Positions 1-11,396 of a stretch of 32,000 bases of DNA are shown in pieces. Under the pieces are notes generated by a model, which did no database searches, had not been told where the DNA came from, and was given only the letters and a program-made list of their open reading frames with translations. The position numbers and the translations under genes are program-made. The stretch covers positions 180,001 to 212,000 of the forward strand of contig CP145877.1 of assembly GCA_045690015.1 (NCBI GenBank). The letters are read 5' to 3'. The stretch comes from Candidatus Saccharimonadota bacterium (GTDB taxonomy: Bacteria > Pseudomonadota > Gammaproteobacteria > Enterobacterales > Enterobacteriaceae). Positions within the stretch are counted from its first letter, which is position 1. Each line of letters begins with the position of its first letter.

Positions 1-1
1 T

Positions 2-1324
2 ATGGGTCCTTATATTGATATTGTAGAAGGAATGAAAGTAAAATGTACGGGACGCATATTGGAAGTTCCAGTAGGAAGAGGATTATTAGGTAGAGTTATT
101 AATATATTAGGAAAACCTGTAGATGGAAAGGGATCATTAAAATATGATTTTTTTTCTCCAGTAGAAGCAATAGCTCCTGGAGTTATTGATCGGCAACCGG
201 TCGATCAGCCTCTTCAAACTGGATATAAAGTTATTGATAGCATGATTCCTATTGGACGAGGACAACGAGAATTAATTATTGGAGATCGTCAAACGGGAAA
301 AACTACTATGGCAATTGATACCATTATCAATCAACGAGATTCTGGGATTAAATGTGTCTATGTTGCCATAGGACAAAAATCTACTACAGTAACAAATGTA
401 GTACGAAAATTACAAGAACATAGAGCTCTAGATAATACTATTGTGGTAGTAGCTTTTGCATCAGATGCTGCTATTTTACAATATCTTGCCCCTTATGCAG
501 GATGTACAATGGGTGAATTCTTTCGCAATCAAGGAGAAGATGCATTAGTAGTTTATGATGATTTATCCAAACAAGCAATCGCTTATAGACAAATTTCTTT
601 ATTATTGAGAAGGCCTCCTGGTAGAGAAGCATATCCTGGGGATATATTTTACCTTCATGCTCGCTTACTTGAAAGGGCAGCACGTGTTAATACGAATTAT
701 GTTACATCATATACTAAAGGTAAAGTTCATGATAAAACGGGATCTTTAACAGCCTTACCTATTATTGAAACTCAAGCTGGCGATGTTTCTGCATTTGTTC
801 CTACCAATGTAATTTCTATTACAGATGGCCAAATATTTTTAGAATCCAATTTATTTAATATTGGAATTCGTCCTGCTGTTAATCCGGGTATTTCTGTATC
901 TCGTGTGGGTAGTAGTGCACAAACTAAAATTTTAAAAAAATTATCTAGCGGAATACGTACGGCATTAGCTCAATATCGGGAATTGGCAGCTTTTTCACAA
1001 TTTTCTTCAGATCTTGATGAAATTACACGTAAACAAATTAAATACGGCAAACAACTTACGGAATTATTGAAACAAAAGCAATATCAGCCGATGAGTGTTA
1101 TTCAACAAGCAATAATTTTATTTGCTGCTTCATATGGTTATTTGGAAGATGTTGAATTGGATCAACTGAGTAAGTTTGAATCGGCTTTAATTGCTTATAT
1201 AGAACACAACGATACTAAATTTATGCAATATATTAATGATACTGGAAATTATGATGATGAAATTATATGCAAATTAAAAAATATTATGGAAAATTTTAAA
1301 AATCAATTAATTTTAAGTAATTAA
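2..1324 (+). CDS. atpA: ATP synthase F1 alpha subunit (5' end cut by window edge)
   Basis: The ORF is open to the window start. Walker A motif [11 protein letters not shown] is present. It is colinear by eye with E. coli AtpA and is followed by atpG-atpD-atpC in the canonical order. Confidence 0.97.
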   Translation: MGPYIDIVEGMKVKCTGRILEVPVGRGLLGRVINILGKPVDGKGSLKYDFFSPVEAIAPGVIDRQPVDQPLQTGYKVIDSMIPIGRGQRELIIGDRQTGKTTMAIDTIINQRDSGIKCVYVAIGQKSTTVTNVVRKLQEHRALDNTIVVVAFASDAAILQYLAPYAGCTMGEFFRNQGEDALVVYDDLSKQAIAYRQISLLLRRPPGREAYPGDIFYLHARLLERAARVNTNYVTSYTKGKVHDKTGSLTALPIIETQAGDVSAFVPTNVISITDGQIFLESNLFNIGIRPAVNPGISVSRVGSSAQTKILKKLSSGIRTALAQYRELAAFSQFSSDLDEITRKQIKYGKQLTELLKQKQYQPMSVIQQAIILFAASYGYLEDVELDQLSKFESALIAYIEHNDTKFMQYINDTGNYDDEIICKLKNIMENFKNQLILSN

Positions 1325-1339
1325 GCTAGACAGATTATT

Positions 1340-2206
1340 ATGACCTTTATAAAAGAAATACGTAATCAAATAACTGCAATTAAAAATATGCAAAAGATAA
1401 CTAAAGCAATGGAAATGGTTGCAGCTTCTAAAATGAAGAAAACGCAATTTCTTATGGAAGCTAGTTATCCTTATGCAGAAGCTATCCGCAGGGTGATTAG
1501 CCATCTTACTCTAGGTAAATTAGAATATAAACATCCTTATTTAGAACAGCGTATAGTAAAACATATTGGTTATTTAGTATTTTCTACTGATCGTGGACTA
1601 TGCGGTACTTTGAATAGCAATTTATTTAGAAAGTTATTTACAGATATCAAAAAATGGTCTAATAAGAATGTAAATTCTTCTTTAGCTATTATTGGTTATA
1701 AGGGATTATCCTTTTTAAATTCCTTAAATAAAAAAATGGTTATAGCTCATTATGGTGGAATAAGAGAAATACCGTCGATTTCCGATTTAATTGGACCAAT
1801 AAAAGTATTATTGAATGCTTACGATGAAAAAAAAATAGATAGAATTTATCTGGTCAATAATAAATTTATTAATTTAATTTCTCAGGTCCCACAAATCATT
1901 CAACTATTACCATTAACAACATTAAAAGATGAAATATTAAATAGAAAAAAATGGGATTATCTATATGAACCTAATGCGGAATTTTTGTTAAACCTTTTAT
2001 TACAACGTTATATAGAATCCCAAGTTTATCAAAGATTAATAGAAAATATAGCTAGTGAACAAGCTGCACGGATGGTTGCAATGAAAACCGCAACTGATAA
2101 TGGTGGTAGTTTAATTAATGAAATGCAACTAGTATATAATAAAGCGCGTCAGGCAAATATTACTCAGGAAATTAACGAAATTATATCTGGTGCTGCTGCA
2201 GTTTAA
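1340..2206 (+). CDS. atpG: ATP synthase F1 gamma subunit
   Basis: 288 aa. The N-terminus [31 protein letters not shown] matches the E. coli AtpG N-terminus ([30 protein letters not shown]). The conserved C-terminal [15 protein letters not shown] is present, and it lies between atpA and atpD. Confidence 0.95.
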   Translation: MTFIKEIRNQITAIKNMQKITKAMEMVAASKMKKTQFLMEASYPYAEAIRRVISHLTLGKLEYKHPYLEQRIVKHIGYLVFSTDRGLCGTLNSNLFRKLFTDIKKWSNKNVNSSLAIIGYKGLSFLNSLNKKMVIAHYGGIREIPSISDLIGPIKVLLNAYDEKKIDRIYLVNNKFINLISQVPQIIQLLPLTTLKDEILNRKKWDYLYEPNAEFLLNLLLQRYIESQVYQRLIENIASEQAARMVAMKTATDNGGSLINEMQLVYNKARQANITQEINEIISGAAAV

Positions 2207-2223
2207 TCAAAAAGGAATTATAA

Positions 2224-3618
<1,395 letters not shown>

Positions 3619-3624
3619 ATTCTT

Positions 3625-4074
3625 ATGATAAAAAATTGTACGTTGATCATTGTTAGTACCGAAAAACTTATGTTTTCAGGAAAGATACATAAGATCCGAG
3701 TAACCGGAAGTGAAGGAGAACTAGGAATTTATCCAGGACATGCACCACTCTTAACCACGATTAATCCAGGAATGATTTTAGTTTTTAGATCTACTAATAA
3801 TAATGCAGAAATTATTTATCTTTCTGGGGGAATATTAGAGGTACAACCTAATCTTATAACGGTTTTAGCTGATACTGCTATTCGTGGTATAGATTTAGAT
3901 AAAAATAGAGCTTTACAAGCCAAACGTCAAGCCGAAGAATATATAAAAAAAAATTCTCGATACGATTACGTCTCTAACCCTGAGTTAAATCAAATGACAT
4001 CTCAATTAGCTCAAGAAATTGCCAAATTACGAGTTATTGAATTGATTCGTACAAATAAAAAAAATAGAAAGTAG
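3625..4074 (+). CDS. atpC: ATP synthase F1 epsilon subunit
   Basis: 149 aa. [19 protein letters not shown] and [11 protein letters not shown]...VLADTAIRG match E. coli AtpC. It is the last gene of the atp block. Confidence 0.93.
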   Translation: MIKNCTLIIVSTEKLMFSGKIHKIRVTGSEGELGIYPGHAPLLTTINPGMILVFRSTNNNAEIIYLSGGILEVQPNLITVLADTAIRGIDLDKNRALQAKRQAEEYIKKNSRYDYVSNPELNQMTSQLAQEIAKLRVIELIRTNKKNRK

Positions 4075-4078
4075 ATTT

Positions 4079-4636
4079 TTAATATCTAGAAGGTATCACA
4101 AGTGATTCTTCCCAAAGTCTATTAAATTCTTTAGTATATTGAGAAGCTATTTCGGGAGAATGATATAAAATAATTATATTTTCTGCATTATGTTTATCTG
4201 CAGCACTTGTATAATTATAAGATCCAGTTTCAATTATTTGTGAGTCAATTATCATGAACTTATTATGCATAATAGCATAATGTTTATTTAATCTAACTGA
4301 CATTCTATGATTAGCCAAATAAGTAATTGCAGTATAATTATTAAAATTAGCCTTATAATCAGCAAGAATACGTATTTTGACACCATGCTTTTGTGCTTCC
4401 AATAATGCTAAACTGATTGGTTTACTAGTAAAAGAATAAGCTGCTATATCTATAGTCTGGTGAGCTTGAGAAATAATATTTATAATTAAATTACATGCAG
4501 AATGACCGGGAGAAAAACCAACAGTTATTTGTTGATTTTGATCATAAGTGCATGAAGAAATAGAAGAAAGTAAAATAATAAAGCCAATAAATCTTAAAAC
4601 TGAAGAATTAATTTTTTTATTATGCCTTTGATTCAT
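4079..4636 (-). CDS. Secreted/lipoprotein HKD (phospholipase D superfamily) endonuclease, Nuc-like
   Basis: 185 aa with a single HKD motif, HNKFMIIDSQIIETGSYNYTSAADKHNAEN (HxK(x)4D(x)6GSxN). VGFSPG...AAYSFTS...ALLEAQKHGVKIRIL aligns by eye with the periplasmic Nuc nuclease of IncN plasmid pKM101. The N-terminus is hydrophobic, with a lipobox-like ISSC around residue 29. Confidence 0.8.
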   Translation of the reverse strand: MNQRHNKKINSSVLRFIGFIILLSSISSCTYDQNQQITVGFSPGHSACNLIINIISQAHQTIDIAAYSFTSKPISLALLEAQKHGVKIRILADYKANFNNYTAITYLANHRMSVRLNKHYAIMHNKFMIIDSQIIETGSYNYTSAADKHNAENIIILYHSPEIASQYTKEFNRLWEESLVIPSRY

Positions 4637-4792
4637 TATTTGGAGCTGAAGATTCTTTTAGATTGTTATTCAATTGATTATATCAATTATTTCAATAACT
4701 TTAAATTATAAACTTTAAATTCCAATTAATTGTTATTAAATTTCATGGTAATTAATATTATGTAATAATAATTTTTATGAGATTGAGTGTTC

Positions 4793-5998
4793 ATGAAAAT
4801 TTATCTGGTAGGAGGTGCAATACGTGATAAAATCCTAGATTTACCCGTTAAGGACAAAGATTGGGTAATTGTTGGTGCTACACCTCAACAAATTTTAAAA
4901 TTAGGATTTAAACCAGTAGGAAAAGATTTTCCGGTTTTTTTACATCCAGTAACTGGTGAAGAATATGCATTAGCACGTACTGAAATTAAATCGGGTAAAG
5001 GTTATAAAGGTTTTACCTGTTATACTGCTCCCAATGTAAGCTTAGAGCAAGATTTACAACGCAGAGATCTTACAATTAATGCTATTGCATGCGATGAAAA
5101 TGGAAACTATTTCGACCCTTTTAATGGAAGAAAAGATTTAGCAAATCGTATTCTTCGTCATATTTCGAGCTGTTTTCGTGATGATCCTTTGCGTGTCTTA
5201 CGTGTGGCACGTTTTGCCGCTTGTTATGCTCATCTTAATTTTATTATTGCTAATGAAACACTTATGTTAATGCGTTCTATGTCAGAAAATGGCGAGCTAA
5301 CCGAATTGACTGCAGAAAGAATTTGGAAAGAAACTGAACTAGCTCTTCAATCTCATAATCCACAACGCTATTTTCAAGTTTTACGACAATGTAATGCTTT
5401 AGGAAAAATTTTTCCTGAAATAGAAAAATTATATGAAATTCCTCTTTCAAAATACATTAATACTGGAGTTCATACTTTAAAATCGTTATCTATTGCAGCA
5501 CAACTTAGCACGCAAATAGAAGTTCGTTTTGCAACATTATGTCATGATTTTGGAAAATTATTAACCACAGGAATTATTTCAACAGACTATACTGAGGAAA
5601 AGTTAATACAATTTTTCTGTCAACGATTACGTGTCCCCAAAAATTTGCAGAAATTTGCTATATTAGCAACTAGATTTAATTATTTAGTTCACCAAATAGA
5701 TAAATTGCAACCCAATATGGTAATTGAATTATTTAATCATCTTGATGCCTGGCGTAAACCATATCGTATCGAACAACTATCGTTTGTTAGTGAAGCAGAT
5801 GCCCGTGCTTATCCGGATAAATTAAAAAAACCCTATCCACAAGGCGAATATTTACGTACTCTATTTCATATAGCTAAAAAAATCTCAGTTAAGAAAATAA
5901 TATCAGAGGGTTTTCAGGGAATAAAAATCAATCAACAGTTATCTAAACTTAGATGTCAAGAAATATCTAAGTGGAAAAAAAATAATATTATTCAGTAA
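4793..5998 (+). CDS. cca: tRNA nucleotidyltransferase (CCA-adding enzyme)
   Basis: MKIYLVGGAIRDKILDLPVKDKDWVIVG, RRDLTINA and DPLRVLRVARF match the E. coli Cca head domain. I prefer the ATG at 4793 (E. coli starts MKIYLVGG) over the GTG at 4787 used by the ORF track. The C-terminal HD domain looks partly degenerate (see findings). Confidence 0.9.
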   Translation: MKIYLVGGAIRDKILDLPVKDKDWVIVGATPQQILKLGFKPVGKDFPVFLHPVTGEEYALARTEIKSGKGYKGFTCYTAPNVSLEQDLQRRDLTINAIACDENGNYFDPFNGRKDLANRILRHISSCFRDDPLRVLRVARFAACYAHLNFIIANETLMLMRSMSENGELTELTAERIWKETELALQSHNPQRYFQVLRQCNALGKIFPEIEKLYEIPLSKYINTGVHTLKSLSIAAQLSTQIEVRFATLCHDFGKLLTTGIISTDYTEEKLIQFFCQRLRVPKNLQKFAILATRFNYLVHQIDKLQPNMVIELFNHLDAWRKPYRIEQLSFVSEADARAYPDKLKKPYPQGEYLRTLFHIAKKISVKKIISEGFQGIKINQQLSKLRCQEISKWKKNNIIQ

Positions 5999-6008
5999 TT
6001 GTTTGGAT

Positions 6009-7037
6009 TTAATGGGGTGATAATTCGGTTAGTGACCAGCAAGGATTAACATGTATACTAAGCGATGTAGGTTTAGGTTTAATTTTTCCCTTATCTTGTT
6101 GTAATTTAACCATTCCAGCATAAGCAATCATAGCTCCATTATCAGTACAAAATGCTGGACGAGCATAGAAGATTTCACCTTTTAGTATTTTCATAGTTTT
6201 TAATCTACAACGTAGAGTATTATTTGCACTAACTCCTCCTACCACAACAAGTCGGTTGATTTTAGTTTGTTCTATTGCACGTTTACATTTTATCATTAAT
6301 GTATCAATTATAGCATCTTCAAAAGCATAGGCAATATCAGCACGAGTTTGAGTATTTTTATGATGATTATTAATTATATTCGCTGCATAAGTTTTTAAAC
6401 CGGAAAAGCTGAAATCTAGTCCTGGACGGTCTGTCATAGGTCTAGGAAAAGTAAATCTTCCTTTTGAACCCTGTAGAGCTAAATTTGAAAGCATAGCTCC
6501 TCCTGGATAATTAAATCCCAATAATTTTGCTATTTTATCAAAGGCTTCTCCTACTGCATCATCTAAAGATTCACCTAATAGCTCATATGCGCCTATATTA
6601 ATTGCTTTAATTAGTTGCGTATGACTACCAGAAATTAATAATGCAATAAAAGGAAAAGAAGGTGGTTTATTTTCTAATAATGGAGCTAAAAGATGACCTT
6701 CAAGGTGATTTATTGGTATTGCAGGCACATTCAATGCAAATGCAAGAGCATGTCCTAAAGTTGCTCCTACTAATAATGCGCTAACTAATCCTGGTCCAGC
6801 TGTGTAAGCGACTGCATTAATATCATTAATATTTAAGTTAGCTTCTTTTAATGTTAAGTAAATTAATGGCACTAATTTTCGTATGTGATCGCGAGCAGCT
6901 AACTCGGGGACTACACCCCCATAATCTGCATGTAATGTAATCTGGCTATGAATTTTATTAACTAATAAACCTTTTTGCTCGTCATATATAGCAACTCCGG
7001 TTTCATCACACGAGGTTTCAATCCCAAGTACACGCAT
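6009..7037 (-). CDS. tsaD: tRNA N6-adenosine threonylcarbamoyltransferase (t6A synthesis)
   Basis: 342 aa. [19 protein letters not shown]...[16 protein letters not shown] is nearly identical to E. coli TsaD/YgjD. It is divergent from rpsU, as in E. coli. Confidence 0.95.
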   Translation of the reverse strand: MRVLGIETSCDETGVAIYDEQKGLLVNKIHSQITLHADYGGVVPELAARDHIRKLVPLIYLTLKEANLNINDINAVAYTAGPGLVSALLVGATLGHALAFALNVPAIPINHLEGHLLAPLLENKPPSFPFIALLISGSHTQLIKAINIGAYELLGESLDDAVGEAFDKIAKLLGFNYPGGAMLSNLALQGSKGRFTFPRPMTDRPGLDFSFSGLKTYAANIINNHHKNTQTRADIAYAFEDAIIDTLMIKCKRAIEQTKINRLVVVGGVSANNTLRCRLKTMKILKGEIFYARPAFCTDNGAMIAYAGMVKLQQDKGKIKPKPTSLSIHVNPCWSLTELSPH

Positions 7038-7076
7038 TGATTCTCTTCTCTGCTATTTTGGAATTTCCATTCCACT

Positions 7077-7105
7077 TTACAAGATAACTCATACTACATT
7101 ATAAT
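7077..7105 (+). promoter_or_regulatory. Candidate sigma70 promoter for rpsU-dnaG-rpoD
   Basis: TTACAA (7077-7082), a 17-nt spacer, then a perfect TATAAT (7100-7105), about 70 nt upstream of the rpsU ATG. In AT-rich DNA such matches also occur by chance. Confidence 0.35.
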
Positions 7106-7173
7106 ATTTATATAAATAAATTCAATTTTTTATCCTGATTGAAATCAATTCAACTAATTGAGGTTAATAATGC

Positions 7174-7392
7174 ATGCCAGTAATTAAAGTACGTGAAAAT
7201 GAACCTTTCGATATCGCACTACGGCGTTTTAAACGTTCCTGTGAAAAAGCTGGTATATTAGCTGAAATTCGCCGTCGGGAATATTACGAAAAACCCACTA
7301 CTGAACGAAAAAGAGCTAAAGCTTCTGCAAGAAAACGTCTATCTAAAAAACTTGCTAGGGATAACGCACGTCGTCGTATACGTCATTATTGA
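7174..7392 (+). CDS. rpsU: 30S ribosomal protein S21
   Basis: 72 aa. [52 protein letters not shown] is nearly identical to E. coli S21. A GAGG Shine-Dalgarno sequence lies upstream. Confidence 0.97.
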   Translation: MPVIKVRENEPFDIALRRFKRSCEKAGILAEIRRREYYEKPTTERKRAKASARKRLSKKLARDNARRRIRHY

Positions 7393-7481
7393 CTTGGTTG
7401 AGGAAGAAAGAATAATGAAAAGGATAGTGAGGTGATATTTTTTTGTCATCCAGAAATTTAATATTTCTATAATTTAATATT

Positions 7482-9209
7482 ATGGTTGGAAAAATTCCCA
7501 ATGCATTTATTCATAATTTACTAGCTTGTACAGACCTTGTACAAATTATTGATTCTCGTCTCACTTTAAAAAAGTATGGAAAGTATTATCGTACTTGTTG
7601 TCCATTTCATAATGACCATACTCCTTCTTTTATTGTAAATAAGAAAAGACAATTTTTTTATTGTTTTGGCTGTGGAAAACATGGAAATGCAATTGATTTT
7701 ATTATGAATTTTGATGGTTTGAATTTTGTTGAAACTATTCAAGAATTAGCAAATACATATGGCATTAAAATAGAGTATGAAAAGAATAATTCATTCCAAA
7801 TTGAATGGTCTTCTCGTCAAAAATTATATGTTCTTATGAAAGAAGTAATGAGACTCTATCAAAATTGTCTTTGGCAAAAGAGTAGCGCAAATTTTGCGCT
7901 AAAATATTTAATCCAACGTGGAATTCATAGAGGTATAATAGAAGAATATTCTCTAGGTTATGCTCCACCTAATGGACATATTATAAATCATTTAGGTAGA
8001 AATTATTTTAATTATTTAATTGATGTTGGCATAATCGTTAATAAATATCAGAAAACTTATCATGATTTTTTTAGAGAACGGATCATTTTTCCTATTCGCG
8101 ATCAATATGGAAGAGTATTAGGATTTGGTGGGAGGAGCCTAAACCATACTAATCCTAAATACTTAAATTCTCCTCATAGCATTCTATTTAACAAAGGACG
8201 TCAATTATATGGTCTTTATGAGTTATGTAAAAAAGGATTAAAAAATTCTTTTATATTAGTAGTTGAAGGATATATGGATGTAATTGCTTTAGCACAATCT
8301 GAGATTTATGCTGTAGCTTTATTAGGAACCTCTACTACTAGAGATCAGATTGAATATTTATTTCGGATGAATGAGCATATTATTTATTGTTATGATGGTG
8401 ATTATGCTGGCCGTAAGGCTGCATGGCGTGCTCTAGAAATTGCTTTAGATTATATGTTTGACGGTCGCAATTTAAGTTTTATCTTTCTTCCGGATGGTGA
8501 GGACCCCGAATCTTTAATTCGAAAAGAAGGTAGAACTCTTTTTGAACAAAGAATAAAAAATGCTGAATCTTTTTATAATTTTATGTTCCATACTTTAAGT
8601 AAAAAAATTGATCTTTCTTGTATTGAAGGAAAAGCTAAATTTAGTTCGATGGCATTACCACTTATTAATAAAATTCCTGGAGAGATATTACGTCTTTCTT
8701 TGCATCAGATATTAGGTGAGAAAGTAGGTATTTTTGATCAGGCTAGACTAACTAGTCTAGTAAACAAACCAAGAAATACGTTTAAACCGAAGTTAAAATT
8801 GACATATACTCCAATGCGTATACTTATTACATTATTACTTCAAAATCCCACTCTTGCAAGTGTGGTTCCTCAAGTGGACTGTTTAAATAGCATAAAACTT
8901 GCTGGATTATCAGTGTTTATTAATTTAGTAAAAATTTGTATAAATTATCCTAAAATTACTACTGGACAATTATTAGAATTCTATCGAAATACTAAGATAA
9001 GAAAATATCTTCAAATGCTTGCAGTATGGAATCATATGATTATAGATACAGAAGTTGAAAATACTTTCAAAGATACATTAACTAGTATATATAATTTAGC
9101 TCTTAAACAACGTCAAGATAAATTAATTGCAATAGAACGTAGTAAAGGATTAAATATTGACGCTCGCAGGGAGTTATGGGCTTTAAATAAAGCATTAGCA
9201 AAAAAGTAA
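7482..9209 (+). CDS. dnaG: DNA primase
   Basis: 575 aa. Zinc ribbon CCPFHNDHTPSF...CFGCGKHGNAIDF and TOPRIM motifs VVEGYMDVIAL and CYDGDYAGRKAA are present. It has the rpsU-dnaG-rpoD operon position. Confidence 0.95.
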   Translation: MVGKIPNAFIHNLLACTDLVQIIDSRLTLKKYGKYYRTCCPFHNDHTPSFIVNKKRQFFYCFGCGKHGNAIDFIMNFDGLNFVETIQELANTYGIKIEYEKNNSFQIEWSSRQKLYVLMKEVMRLYQNCLWQKSSANFALKYLIQRGIHRGIIEEYSLGYAPPNGHIINHLGRNYFNYLIDVGIIVNKYQKTYHDFFRERIIFPIRDQYGRVLGFGGRSLNHTNPKYLNSPHSILFNKGRQLYGLYELCKKGLKNSFILVVEGYMDVIALAQSEIYAVALLGTSTTRDQIEYLFRMNEHIIYCYDGDYAGRKAAWRALEIALDYMFDGRNLSFIFLPDGEDPESLIRKEGRTLFEQRIKNAESFYNFMFHTLSKKIDLSCIEGKAKFSSMALPLINKIPGEILRLSLHQILGEKVGIFDQARLTSLVNKPRNTFKPKLKLTYTPMRILITLLLQNPTLASVVPQVDCLNSIKLAGLSVFINLVKICINYPKITTGQLLEFYRNTKIRKYLQMLAVWNHMIIDTEVENTFKDTLTSIYNLALKQRQDKLIAIERSKGLNIDARRELWALNKALAKK

Positions 9210-9366
9210 GTTTGGTTATGGGTGGTGAATTTATTAAATATATTTAAATTTATGTGATCTTATCGTAGATAATTCTTTATAAATAAGATAAAATTGATTT
9301 CTCAATGTTGGGATTAATTTTACCAACATCCCGTTAATAACTTTATAAAAGTATGGATATCATATT

Positions 9367-11217
9367 ATGGGGCATAATCCACAGTCACAGCTTAAACTTC
9401 TAATCACTAGAGGTAAAGAGCAGGGTTATCTAACCTATGCTGAAGTGAATGATCATCTTCCAGATGATATTATTGACTCTGATCAAATTGAAAATGTCAT
9501 TCAAATGATCAATGATATGGGAATTCAGGTTATGGAAGAAGCGCCTGATACCGATGATTTGATGTTAAATATTAATGATACATCTACTGCTACTGACGAA
9601 GATGCTGCTGAAGCAGCGGCTCAAGCATTATCTAATGTTGATAGTGAAATAGGTCGTACTAGTGACCCTATACGTATGTATATGCGTGAAATGGGAACAG
9701 TAGAATTATTAACACGAGAAGGGGAAATTGATATTGCTAAACGTATTGAAGAGGGAATTAATCAAGTACAATGTTCAGTGGCGGAATATCCTGAAGCAAT
9801 TACATATCTTTTAGAGCAGTATGATAAGGTTGAAGCATATGAATCCCGATTGTCAGATTTAATAATAGGTTTTGTTGATCCAAATATTAAAGAAAATATA
9901 CCCTTTAGTATAACTACAACTGCGGCGCATGTTGGTTCAGAACTCTCTAATGAAGAACGCGATGAAATAAATGATGATACTGACACTGACATAGACGATT
10001 GTAATCATATTGATCCCATTTCTGCACGAGAAAAGTTTATAGCATTACGCACTCAATATGAAATAACGAGAATCATTATTCAAGCTAAAGGTCGTAAACA
10101 TCCCGATGCTGCTCAGGAAATAAAAAAACTCTCAGAAATATTTAAACAATTTCGTTTAGTACCTAAGCAATTTGATTACTTAGTTAACAATATGCGTTCT
10201 ATGATGGAGCGCGTACGTGTTCAAGAACGTCTGATTATGAAATTGTGCATTAAAGAATGTAAAATTCCTAAAAAAATCTTTTTTACTCTATTTACTGGTA
10301 ATGAATCCAATGAATTTTGGCTCAAAAATGCCATAATTATGGATCAACCGTGGTCTAAAAAACTGTATGAAGCTTCTGAACAGATCTTAAGAATTATGCG
10401 AAAACTTTCAAAAATTGAACAAGAAACAGGTCTTACTATTGACCAAATAAAAGATATCAATCGTCGCATGTCTATTGGAGAAGCTAAAGCACGCTGTGCA
10501 AAAAAAGAAATGGTAGAAGCCAATTTACGTTTGGTTATTTCTATTGCTAAAAAATATACTAACCGTGGATTACAATTTCTTGATTTAATTCAGGAAGGTA
10601 ATATTGGTTTAATGAAAGCCGTAGATAAATTTGAATATAGACGAGGATATAAATTTTCAACCTATGCTACCTGGTGGATTCGTCAAGCTATTACACGTTC
10701 CATAGCCGATCAGGCAAGAACGATTCGTATTCCCGTACATATGATTGAAACCATCAATAAATTAAATAGAATTTCTCGTAAGATATTACAAGAAATAGGT
10801 CGTGAAGCCACTCCCGAAGAACTGGCATCCAGAATGATGATGTCAGAAGACAAAATCCTCAAAATTTTAAAAATCGCCAAAGAACCTATCTCTATGGAAA
10901 CACCTATTGGTGATGATGAGGATTCACATTTAGGAGACTTCATTGAAGATACAACTATAGAAATGCCTTTAGAATCTGCTACTTCGGAAAGTCTTAAAGC
11001 GGCTACTAATGAAGTTTTATCGGGTTTGACGCCACGTGAAGCTAAAGTATTACGAATGCGTTTTGGAATTGATATGAACACAGATCATACTTTAGAAGAA
11101 GTAGGTAAACAATTTGATGTAACACGGGAACGTATTCGTCAAATAGAAGCAAAAGCCTTACGTAAATTACGTCATCCTAGTAGGTCTGAATTACTGCGCA
11201 GTTTTATTGAAGATTAA
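9367..11217 (+). CDS. rpoD: RNA polymerase sigma-70 factor
   Basis: 616 aa. Long stretches are identical to E. coli RpoD, e.g. [104 protein letters not shown] and [26 protein letters not shown]. Confidence 0.98.
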   Translation: MGHNPQSQLKLLITRGKEQGYLTYAEVNDHLPDDIIDSDQIENVIQMINDMGIQVMEEAPDTDDLMLNINDTSTATDEDAAEAAAQALSNVDSEIGRTSDPIRMYMREMGTVELLTREGEIDIAKRIEEGINQVQCSVAEYPEAITYLLEQYDKVEAYESRLSDLIIGFVDPNIKENIPFSITTTAAHVGSELSNEERDEINDDTDTDIDDCNHIDPISAREKFIALRTQYEITRIIIQAKGRKHPDAAQEIKKLSEIFKQFRLVPKQFDYLVNNMRSMMERVRVQERLIMKLCIKECKIPKKIFFTLFTGNESNEFWLKNAIIMDQPWSKKLYEASEQILRIMRKLSKIEQETGLTIDQIKDINRRMSIGEAKARCAKKEMVEANLRLVISIAKKYTNRGLQFLDLIQEGNIGLMKAVDKFEYRRGYKFSTYATWWIRQAITRSIADQARTIRIPVHMIETINKLNRISRKILQEIGREATPEELASRMMMSEDKILKILKIAKEPISMETPIGDDEDSHLGDFIEDTTIEMPLESATSESLKAATNEVLSGLTPREAKVLRMRFGIDMNTDHTLEEVGKQFDVTRERIRQIEAKALRKLRHPSRSELLRSFIED

Positions 11218-11263
11218 GAAAAATATGAGAGTATTTTTTTATAGGGAGTGAGTTGAGTCTTAG

Positions 11264-11339
11264 GGCCCTTTAGCTCAGAGGTTAGAGCAGACGACTCATA
11301 ATCGTTTGGTCGCTGGTTCAAATCCAGCAAGGGCCACCA
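11264..11339 (+). tRNA. ileX: tRNA-Ile2 (anticodon CAU, lysidine-dependent), CCA encoded
   Basis: 76 nt with a hand-folded cloverleaf: GGCCCTT TA GCTC AGAGGTTA GAGC A GACGA CTCATAA TCGTT TGGTC GCTGG TTCAAAT CCAGC AAGGGCC A CCA. It is close to E. coli ileX as I recall it and unlike elongator or initiator Met. It lies downstream of rpoD, as ileX does in E. coli. Confidence 0.85.
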
Positions 11340-11396
11340 TTATTTTAGTGTTGATTTTAATTAGGTTGGATAAAGAAAATAGGAATTTTATTATTG

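Noticed and set aside
4079-4636. Nuc-like HKD nuclease as part of a multi-gene phage-defence system
   Set aside because: It is a stand-alone gene between atpC and cca, with no adjacent helicase, methyltransferase, ATPase or other partner. It has an export signal, which points to a periplasmic or surface nuclease rather than a cytoplasmic defence effector.
4787-4792. GTG start for cca given by the ORF track
   Set aside because: The ATG two codons downstream reproduces the E. coli N-terminus (MKIYLVGG). The GTG start is possible but less likely.
7452-7468. Small hairpin AGAAAT-ttaat-ATTTCT just upstream of the dnaG start, and absence of a Shine-Dalgarno sequence
   Set aside because: A weak AT-only 6-bp stem. 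Poor dnaG translation signals are already known from E. coli, so this is not novel and not demonstrable here.
9305-9329. Inverted repeat ATGTTGG-11 nt-CCAACAT in the dnaG-rpoD spacer
   Set aside because: A 7-bp stem with an 11-nt loop and no T-tract. It might be an RNA processing site, as in the E. coli operon, but I cannot support that from sequence alone.
10710-11081. 123-aa ORF antisense to rpoD
   Set aside because: It lies entirely inside the most conserved part of rpoD (regions 3-4). It has no RBS or start context and its product is low-complexity and Ser/Ile-rich. Long antisense frames are a known artefact of codon bias in conserved genes.
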